From positions 2,176,001 to 2,240,000 of the forward strand of contig OZ242010.1 in NCBI GenBank assembly GCA_965204745.1: a stretch of 64,000 bases of DNA, read 5' to 3'. The DNA is from Candidatus Latescibacterota bacterium (GTDB lineage: Bacteria > Latescibacterota > UBA2968). Shown one piece after another: positions 10,181 through 19,300 of the stretch. Both the position numbers and the translations under genes were made by a program. Each line of letters begins with the position of its first letter. Position 1 is the first letter of the stretch. The notes under the pieces were generated by a model, which worked only from the letters and a program-made list of their open reading frames with translations, was not told where the DNA came from and made no database searches.

Positions 10181-10849
10181 TCAAACCGTGCCGACACCGC
10201 TTGGTGATCCACTGCGAGAAGCGGGTGCGACCGTGCCGGCTTTCCGCCGCATCCGCTCGAGAACGACGAGGTGACGCATCACCTCACAACTGATAAACTG
10301 GTACGCGTCGCGCCGCCTGTCCGGCAACTGCTCGGCGGGAAATCGAATGGGCTTGCCAAACCGCACTTGCAGCCGATCCATGCCGAGCATCGTCTTCCAG
10401 ATATTCACTGTGCCGGAAATGTACACGGGTATGACAGGGGCCTGTGTGCGATACACCAGCAGGCCGACCCCGGCCTTGGGGCGCAAGAACCCGGGGCCTT
10501 TGTTGCGCGTGCCTTCGGGAAAGATGAGCACCGGATTGCCACTTTGCAAAATTTTCGTCCAAGCCAACAATGCACTGCGGTCACTCCGCCGCCGATCAAC
10601 GGGCATCGCATGTAGCTTGCGAATCAACTTTCCCAACGCCGGAATCGCAAAGAGTTCGGCCTTGGCAAGATACCAAAGTTCGCGCCCTGTGGCAACCCCA
10701 ATCATGACGGGATCGACCAAAGAGCGATGATTGGCCGCCAAAATCACCGCGCCAGATCGGGGAATATGACGCCCCCCCTCAACGCGCAATCGAAACGCAC
10801 ACGCGACCAAAACGTACGCCAGCCACCAGCAATACCGATAAAATGTCAT
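10181..10849 (-). CDS. plsC: 1-acyl-sn-glycerol-3-phosphate acyltransferase
   Basis: NHRSLVD and FPEGTR motifs; ATGA overlap with the cmk stop. Confidence 0.88.
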   Translation of the reverse strand: MTFYRYCWWLAYVLVACAFRLRVEGGRHIPRSGAVILAANHRSLVDPVMIGVATGRELWYLAKAELFAIPALGKLIRKLHAMPVDRRRSDRSALLAWTKILQSGNPVLIFPEGTRNKGPGFLRPKAGVGLLVYRTQAPVIPVYISGTVNIWKTMLGMDRLQVRFGKPIRFPAEQLPDRRRDAYQFISCEVMRHLVVLERMRRKAGTVAPASRSGSPSGVGTV

Positions 10850-11529
10850 TCGCTTTGTCCCCGAGCGAGTGCCACAATCCGATTGACTTGTTCTTTGACC
10901 GACAGCCCCGTGGTGTCGATATGCACCGCATCGGGCGCGGGCCACGCGCTGCGTTGCAACTGGGTTTGCTCGTCTCGAGCATCGCGTGCGCGAATATCGG
11001 CCAGCAGCGATTCAAAATCAGCGGACTCGCCCGCACGTTCCAAGTCCCTGAGCCGGCGGCGTGCGCGTTCCGCAGGATCGGCAATCAGAAAAATTTTCAA
11101 TTCTGCATCAGGAAAAATCGCCGTGCCCGTATCCCTGCCCTCCAAAACGATGCCCCCGTCTTTGCCCATGTCCTGCTGTCGCGCAACGAGCACCTCGCGC
11201 ACCCCCGGATGGACGGCCACGCGAGACGCGGCCCGCGAAACTTCGGACGTGCGAATGGCCCTGGAAACATCTTCGCCATCGAGCAGGGTTTGCCCCTGCC
11301 CATCCCGCGTTTCAAACGCAATATCGAGCGCCCGGCCCAATGCGGCGACCCCCTCCGCGTCATCGAGATCGACCCCGCGCCGCAATGCCGCCAACCCCAC
11401 CGCGCGATACATGGTGCCAGTGTCCAAATACACATAACCCATTTTACGCGCCACGCGCCGCGCCGTCGTGCTCTTGCCAGATCCGGCCGGCCCATCTATC
11501 GCAATGACAATGCCATTTTTGCGTTTCAT
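10846..11529 (-). CDS. cmk: Cytidylate kinase
   Basis: IAIDGPAGSGKST, DTGTMYR, EGRDTG; cmk-plsC-rpsA gene order. Confidence 0.95.
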   Translation of the reverse strand: MKRKNGIVIAIDGPAGSGKSTTARRVARKMGYVYLDTGTMYRAVGLAALRRGVDLDDAEGVAALGRALDIAFETRDGQGQTLLDGEDVSRAIRTSEVSRAASRVAVHPGVREVLVARQQDMGKDGGIVLEGRDTGTAIFPDAELKIFLIADPAERARRRLRDLERAGESADFESLLADIRARDARDEQTQLQRSAWPAPDAVHIDTTGLSVKEQVNRIVALARGQSE

Positions 11530-11637
11530 CTGTAGATGCCTTTTTCATCTTCGGTCAGGTGAGAGGTGAGAGGCAAGACGGAAGACGGGAGATATAAGAG
11601 GGGAGAGGGTTTGTCAGTTCCAATTCATCCTCAAGTC

Positions 11638-11690
11638 GTCAGTTGTCAGCCGCCTCCCCCCATCACCCGTAGGGACAGGCCCCGTGCCTG
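11638..11690. repeat. Left arm of ~55-bp imperfect inverted repeat (REP-like, GTAG) flanking the HNH gene
   Basis: GTCAGTTGTCAG...GTAGGGACAGGCCCCGTGCCTG; reverse complement at 12583-12637. Confidence 0.7.
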
Positions 11691-11840
11691 GCGTCATTCA
11701 GCGATCAGCCTGGCGTCATTCTGACGAAATTATACCCCTGTATATTTTAGGCAAAATCCAGTGACTTTTGTCTTTCTCTCCTTTGCCTCTTGTATCTTTG
11801 GGCGAGCCGTGTGTAGGGGCAGCACCCCTACGTTTCTATC

Positions 11841-11905
11841 CTCGCCTCTTGCCTCTCACCTCTTGCCTCTCACCTCTTACCTCTTGCCTCTTACCTCTTA
11901 CCTCT
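11841..11905 (+). repeat. Heptamer tandem repeat (CCTCTTG/CCTCTCA/CCTCTTA)
   Basis: About nine 7-bp units; contains a 27/28 match to the reconstructed empty IS110 site. Confidence 0.9.
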
Positions 11906-12415
11906 CCCCGCTTGCCGCCTATGCTCTACCCGTCCAAACAACGGCAGATCTGCCCGTCCCGCGCTTTCTATCTTCTGGTGACACGACGGGCACAAGCTAA
12001 TCAAATTGCTCAGTTGATTGGCCTCTTGTGGCGAATCGAACAGCCGATACGGAACTTTGTGATGCACGTCCATCTGCCGCCCGAGTGCGTCTTCTGTTAT
12101 CCCGCACGCCACGCAACAAAACCCATCGCGTTCCCGCGCCAAGCCCGCCTGCGTCTTCCAATTTCCCCCGCGGTATTCGGGGCGACCTTCGAGCACGAGT
12201 TCAAACGCCTCATCGGCCTCCCAGTCGGCTCTGCACGTATTGTTGCAAAACTGCGCGTGCATACCCCGCTCAACGTACCAGCGCGGTTGGGCAAATCGCT
12301 TGCCACACTGCACGCACCGCACCGCGACCTGATCCTCGCGCCGAACTTGCCGCTCCTCATCGAACGCCAAGCGCATCTGCGGCGACGCGATTGCCGAATG
12401 CTTTCCGTCTGCCAT
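11891..12415 (-). CDS. HNH endonuclease with N-terminal Cys zinc finger
   Basis: CxxC...FCxxxC, then RERDGFCCVACG...VHH...N...NLISLCPSCH; GGAG RBS before ATG 12415. Confidence 0.85.
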   Translation of the reverse strand: MADGKHSAIASPQMRLAFDEERQVRREDQVAVRCVQCGKRFAQPRWYVERGMHAQFCNNTCRADWEADEAFELVLEGRPEYRGGNWKTQAGLARERDGFCCVACGITEDALGRQMDVHHKVPYRLFDSPQEANQLSNLISLCPSCHQKIESAGRADLPLFGRVEHRRQAGRGKR

Positions 12416-12582
12416 TGCTAACTCCATTGGTCAAATGAACGGGCTTAGAATATCGGCACGATTGCGAGAAATTGCAAGCGCACATTTTTGCGTTATGAGT
12501 AGGGTAGTGGTCATACCAAAGTAGTAATACGAATTGATTTGATATCGATCTATATGGACGCCTCAGTAGTCACTGCTTCGGA

Positions 12583-12637
12583 CAGGCACGGGGGCTATCC
12601 CTACGACTGATGGGGCGAGGTGGACTGACAACTGACA
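12583..12637. repeat. Right arm of the inverted repeat flanking the HNH gene
   Basis: Reverse complement GTAGGGATAGCCCCCGTGCCTG matches 11669-11690 at 20/22. Confidence 0.7.
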
Positions 12638-12873
12638 ATGCGAATTGAGAGTAGAAAGCGAGTAAGAAGCAAGCCGCAACCCATCATCCAAAGACATGAA
12701 CGGGGTTCTGTTGACATTTTGTGTTAGAGCGATGAGCGTGGCCGCAAAACAGAGAAAGCCTCGATCCTCGCCGCGCCACCGCGCCACCCGTGCGTCCCCG
12801 TCCCCACCCCACCCGTGTCTGAATCGCGGATTAAACGGATTACGCGGATTGCGCGGATTACCCCACACCGCCC

Positions 12874-13115
12874 TACCGCCATAGCCCTATCCCCCCGGCC
12901 CCCGTTATTCGCTTCGCTCATTGTAGGCTACGCCTGTGCCTACGCGGAAAGGGGGAGCGCATGGCTTTCTTGAAGGTTTGTATCCCTGGCTGTTTTGATG
13001 GCTTTGCGCGAATAGATCACGCTATGAACCCCAAAAAACCTCTACGCCATTCCCCTCGCAAAACCGCTCACAGTTCCCCCTTCCTCGCAGGAAGGGGGTT
13101 AGGGGGTAGGTCCCC
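12874..13115. repeat. ~240-bp MITE/REP-mosaic element, left arm of a long inverted repeat around the giant adhesin
   Basis: Reverse complement aligns to 21465-21820; built from CCCCTTCCT..AGGAAGGGG palindromes. Confidence 0.85.
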
Positions 13116-13199
13116 CTCGCACACCCTCTCGCCATTCCCCCCTTCCTCGCAGGAAGGGGGCCAGGGGGTAGGTCCCAATTCCCATCGTCATTTTACCAC

Positions 13200-13228
13200 T
13201 TGACAAACAACAGCGTAATTTTTAATTT
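13200..13228 (+). promoter_or_regulatory. Sigma70-type promoter of the giant adhesin gene
   Basis: TTGACA-N17-TAATTT. Confidence 0.55.
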
Positions 13229-13312
13229 TTTACCCATTCGCTATTTCGATTTTGAGCGCGGAGGAAAAGCCGCGCCCGGTCTGTGCGACAGCTTTTGCAA
13301 AGGAGGCTCCAG

Positions 13313-16300
13313 ATGATCACCGCCATTTTCAGCCGCTGTTTGAACCTCATTTGGTGCTATGTTCCCACCGTGAAAAGTGGCGTTCATATCGCCCATTCTC
13401 GTCTTGATGTGTGGTTCTATTTCATTGCAAAACAATCTGTTAGGATGATCAGTACAGTGTACCCCCCCCCCCCCCCCCCCCCCCCTCTCGGAGAGGGGGA
13501 CAAAATGACGCCCCGCTACGCTCGCTTGTTGGCCCTGGTCGCGCTGGGCATGCTGGTGGCATCAGGGCCGGCTTTTGCCCAAACCGACTACGACTCGGAC
13601 AACGACGGCTACATTGATGTAGCCAACCTCGCACAGCTCAACGCCATTCGCTGGGATCTCAATGGCGATGGTGTTGTGTCGAGCACCGACTCTACAAACT
13701 ACTTCACCGCCTTCAGTAACCCCGCCTCGGGCATGGGGTGTCCGTCCTCCGGCTGTAATGGCTACGAACTGCTCAACAACTTGGACTTTGACGAGAACAA
13801 CGACAACTCAATCACCTCAGCAGACGCCACCTATTGGAACAACGGTGCCGGATGGCTACCCATAGGTGGTACCTACACGGGCAATTTCAAGGGCAACGGC
13901 TACACCATCGACAACCTGTTCATCAACCGTGGCTCCGCCAGCGCTATCGGACTGTTCTATCAATTTGGATCCAGCTCCCGCGTCGAAACCCTCGGCATCA
14001 TCAACGCCAATGTTACGTTAAAGAAATATGGCGGTATTCTGGTATACCAAAATTCCGGCACAATCGTCGCCTGCTACACCACCGGCACAGTGACGGGGGA
14101 AGAAAAAATTTCTGGATTAGTCGGCTGGGCTGGCACAGGAAGTATCTCAACTAGCTACTCCCATGCATCCGTTACAACCTCCACCAACGATAGCGATGTC
14201 GGCGGTTTGGTAGGCGAGATATGGGGCAATGCCATTATAAGAAATTCGTACTTCGCAGGTACCATCAACGGCACCAATTCCGCCGGCGGATTAGTCGGGG
14301 ACGAAGACGGAGGTAGCGCGTACGACAGCTACTGGGACTCCTCAAAAGCTTCAGGGACGATCCAACTGGGTAGCGGTCAGTCCACTACCACTCTCCAAGG
14401 TACCACCGGCTATACTGGCATCTACGCCAACTGGAACCTGGACTTGGATGGCAATACCAACACCGGCGATAGCCAAGGCAGAGACGATCCGTGGAACTTC
14501 GGCACCAGTAGCCAGTACCCGGTACTGAAGTACGTCGGTCCTTCCGCGGTAGTGATTGACCACGATGGCGATAACGATGGCCTGATTGACATCAAGACTT
14601 TGGCGCAACTCAACGCCATTCGCCACGACCTCAACGGCAATGGCGACGCTACCCACGCCGATTATGCCGCCGCCTTTCCCGGCCGAGTCACCACCAGTAG
14701 CGGCCGGATGGGTTGCCCGTCCGGGACCTGCACTGGCTACGAACTGCTCAACAACTTGGACTTTGACGAGAACAACGACGGCGCGATCACCCAAGCAGAC
14801 ACCACCTACTGGAATAGCGGTGCCGGCTGGGACCCTCTGGGGACTTACACCGGCACGTTCAAGGGCAACAACAAGACCATCTCCCACCTGTTCATCAACC
14901 GGGGGTCTCGGCATAATACAGGATTGTTCCAGGCGGTTGATGGCGATGTTTCGGGGTTGGGGTTGTTGAATGTGGATGTGACCGGCCGTGACCGCGTGGG
15001 TGGTCTGGCCGGTAATCAAGGTGGTGGGGGCACCATCTCGTCGTGTTATGTGACGGGTCGCGTTTCGGGGTCGAAGTGGGGTGTGGGTGGTTTGGTTGGT
15101 CGGTCTTTTCGCACTTCGGGCACCAACCGCATTGTGAGCAGCTATGCGAGAGTCTCTGTGCGCGTTCCTGCGTCTGTGACGAGTGGCGGGATGGCCGGCG
15201 GTTTGGTGGGTTGGCTGACCGATCAGACCGAGGTGGTGGCGTCTTACGCGATGGGCTCTGTGTTCGTGGGACACAGTAGCGGGGTGGGCGGTGGGTTGGT
15301 GGGTCAAATCGCGAGCGGCGGTGGCGTGACCGCGAGCTACTCGATAGGGCGGGTCACGGGTGCCGGCACGAAAGGCGGTTTGGTGGGTAGCATATCTGGC
15401 ACAGTGACCGATAGCTACTGGGACACGCAAGAAAGCGGCATTGCCGACGATGGCGATACTGTTGCGCCGGAGGGCAAGCTGATCTCCGACTTACAATCGG
15501 TCACGTCTGCGAGCGGCATCTATGCCAACTGGGACGATCTGACCATAGATGCTTCGGGGGCCAACGATGATGATCCCTGGACCTTTGGCACGACAAAGCA
15601 GTATCCGGTCTTGACGTTTGCCGACATGGACACCACGGTGCAATTCGCTATCCAACCTGTGCATTATGACACGGATAGCGACGGCCTCCTCGAGGTCTCG
15701 ACCTTGGCCCAACTGCATGCCATGCGCTGGGATCTCAATGGCGATGGGGTCGTCGCCGATAGTGATGCCATGACCTACAACGCCGCCTTTCCCAACGGGA
15801 ACTTGTCACGGAGCAAGGGGTGTCCTTCCACAGGTTGCATCGGCTACGAACTGCTCGCCAACCTGGACTTTGACACCTCCGGCGACGGAGAGATCACCTC
15901 AGCAGACGCCACCTACTGGAATGGCGGCGCCGGCTGGGCACCCATCGGCAGTAGCAACACCTCCCCATACACCGCCACGTTTGAGGGCAACGGCAAGACG
16001 ATCTCCCACCTGTACATCAACCGCTACGTCAACTTTTCGGGATTTTTCGCAAGCACGGATACCACTACCCACATTCGCTCTTTGGGGTTGGTCAACGCGG
16101 TGATCAATACGGGTCAGGGCACGGTGGGCGCGCTGGTGGGTCTGAACAAGGGTCGGATCGCGGCGAGTTACGTCACGGGGTCGGTCACGGCGAGCACCAA
16201 TGTCGGCGGGTTGGCGGGCGCCACTCAGAGGGGGTCGTACATCGTGGCGAGTTACGCCACGGCGTCTGTGGTGTGCAATCAGTCGGGGCCGTGGTCCACT

Positions 16301-19300
16301 GGCGGCGGGTTGGTAGGTGCCAATGGTCCGGGTGCGACGATCGCGTCGAGCTACTCAACAGGCTCAGTGACGGGGGCCTGCCTGCACAAGCATGGGCTGG
16401 CGGAAAACTCAGGTACAGTGACCGATAGCTACTGGGACACGCAAACAAGCGACATTGCCGATGATAGCGATACTGTTGCGCCGGAGGGCAAGTTGACCTC
16501 CGACTTACAATCGGTCACGTCTGCGAGCGGCATCTATGCCAACTGGGACGATCTGACCATAGATGCTTCGGGGGCCAACGATGATGATCCCTGGACCTTT
16601 GGCACGACGAATCAGTATCCGGCCTTGAAGTTTGCCGGCCTGGACACCACGGCGCAGTTCGCTACCCAACCCGTGCATTACGACACGGATAGCGATGGCC
16701 TCCTCGAGGTCTCGACCTTGGCCCAACTGCATGCCATGCGCTGGGATCTCAATGGCGATGGGGTCGTAGCCGATAGTGATGCCATGACCTACAACGCCGC
16801 CTTTCCCAACGGGAACTTGTCAGCGAGCAAGGGTTGCCCTTCCACAGGTTGCATCGGCTACGAACTGCTCAACAACTTGGACTTTGACGAGAACAACGAC
16901 GGCGCGATCACCCAAGCAGACGCCACCTACTGGAATAGCGGCGCCGGCTGGGACCCTGTGGGGCCTTACGGCGGCACATTCAAAGGCAACAACAAGACGA
17001 TCTCCCACCTGTTCATCAACCGGGGGTCTCGGCATAATACAGGATTGTTCCATGCGGTTGATGGCGATGTTTCGGGATTGGGGTTGTTGAATGTGAATGT
17101 GACCGGTGCTGACCGCGTGGGTGGTCTGGCCGGTAATCAAGGTGGTGGGGGCACCATCTCGTCGTGTTATGTGACGGGTCGCGTTTCGGGGTCGCGGTGG
17201 GGTGTGGGTGGTTTGGTTGGTCGGTCTTATCGCACTTCGGGCAGCAACCGCATTGTGAGCAGCTACGCGCTCGTCTCTGTGCGGGTTCCTGCACATGTGA
17301 CGAGTGACGGGCTGGCTGGCGGTTTGGTGGGTTGGCTGACCGATCAGACCGAGGTGGTGGCGTCTTACGCGCTGGGCTCTGTGTTCGCGGGACACAGCAG
17401 CGCGGTGGGCGGCGGGTTGGTGGGTCAAATCGCGAGCAACGCTGACGTGACAGCTAGCTACGCGATAGGACGGGTCACGGGTGCAGGCACGAAAGGCGGG
17501 TTGGTGGGCAGTTCGGCTGGTACAGTGACCGATAGCCACTGGGACACCTCCACCAGCGGGCAGACCACCAGTGCCGGCGGTAGCGGCGTTGTTGGCAAGA
17601 CGACTAGCGATCTCCTAAGCCCTACTACCTACGGTGCCACCGCCAACGACACCTACTACAACTGGAACGCCAACCTCGACGGACAACCCGGCAACGATGA
17701 TCCGTGGACCTTTGGCGCGATGGATCAGTATCCGGCCTTGAAGTATGCCGGCATGGACACCACCGCGCAATTTCAGCTTCAACCCGCGAGAGTGACGTTG
17801 ACCCTGATGCCCTCGTCGATCTCGGAAAGCGGCGGGATGGGCACTGTGACCGCGACGCTGGCACACCCGTTGAGCGCGGCAACGACGATCACGGTGCGCC
17901 CTGTGGCGGGTGCTTACACGGTGGGGTCGGATACGACGATCACCATCGCGGCCGGGAGCACTGCGAACGCGACGGATACGGTGGTCATCACAGCGGTGAA
18001 CAACACCCAAGACGAGCCTAATCGCGATGTGACCGTGTCCGTTGTGGCGGGCAACGCCCAAGGCGCGGGCAGTGTAACTGGTGCGACTTTGACGCTGGAG
18101 GACGACGACCCTGCACCGACAGCGACGTTGGCGGCGTCACCGGCGTCGATTTCGGAGAACGGCGCGGTTTCGACGATCACGGCGTCGCTATCGCGTCCAT
18201 CGAGCGCGGCGACGACGATCACGGTGCGCCCGGTGGCGGGTGCTTACACGGTGGGGGCGGATACGACGATCACCATCGCGGCCGGGGACACGATTAACGC
18301 GTCGGACACGGTGGTCATCACAGCGGTGAACAATACCCAAGACGCGCCTAATCGCGACGTGACCGTGCTAGGTGTGATGAGCAACACCCAAGGCGCGGGC
18401 AGTGTGACCGGTGCGGCTTTGACGCTGACGGACGACGACGTTGCGCCGGACGTGACGATGGTTTTGTCGCCTGCGTCGATTTCAGAGGACGGCGCGATTT
18501 CGACGGTGACCGCGACCCTGTCTCACACGTCGAGCGCGGCGACGACGATCACGGTTTCAGCGTCGGCTGTGTCGCCTGCGGTTCCGGGCGACTACATGCT
18601 GAGTACGCCGGCCACGCTGACCGTCGCGGCGGGCGCAACGACGAGCACGGGCACCGTGACGATCACGACGGTGGACAACAGCATATCTTCGGGGAACAAG
18701 ACGGTGACCGTGTCGAGCACGGTGGGCAACAGCATAGGCACGGGATCGGTCACTGATGCGACGCTGACGATTATCGATGACGAAGTGGCGCAGGTGACAT
18801 TGGTTTTGACTCCGGCGTCAATTACGGAGAATGCCCAGATTTCCACGATCACGGCGACGCTAGATCGCGTTGCAACCGTGGCGACGACGGTCACGGTTTC
18901 AGCGACCCCGGTGGCCCCTGCGGTTGCGGGCGATTTTACGCTATCGACCGCGACCACGCTGACCTTCGCGGCGAATGTGACGACGAGCACAGGCGCCGTG
19001 ACGATCACCTCGGTGAACGACACGACCGATGCGCCGGACAAGCGCGTGACCGTGTCTGCAACGGTGGCAGGTGGCAATGGGGCGTCGCTATCGTCTGCCG
19101 TGACCCTGACGATCACCGACGATGAGGCCGCGCCGGATGTGGCACTGACGCTGTCGCCCGCGTCGATTGCAGAGACCGGCGGTGTTTCGACGATCACGGC
19201 GACGCTGTCGCATCGGTCGAGCGCGGCGACGACGATCACAGTGCGCCCGGTGGCGGGTGCCTACACGGTGGGGATGGATTCGACGATCACCATCGCGGCT

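Noticed and set aside
8638-10293. 551-aa ORF on the + strand
   Set aside because: Antisense shadow of rpsA with no recognisable motifs.
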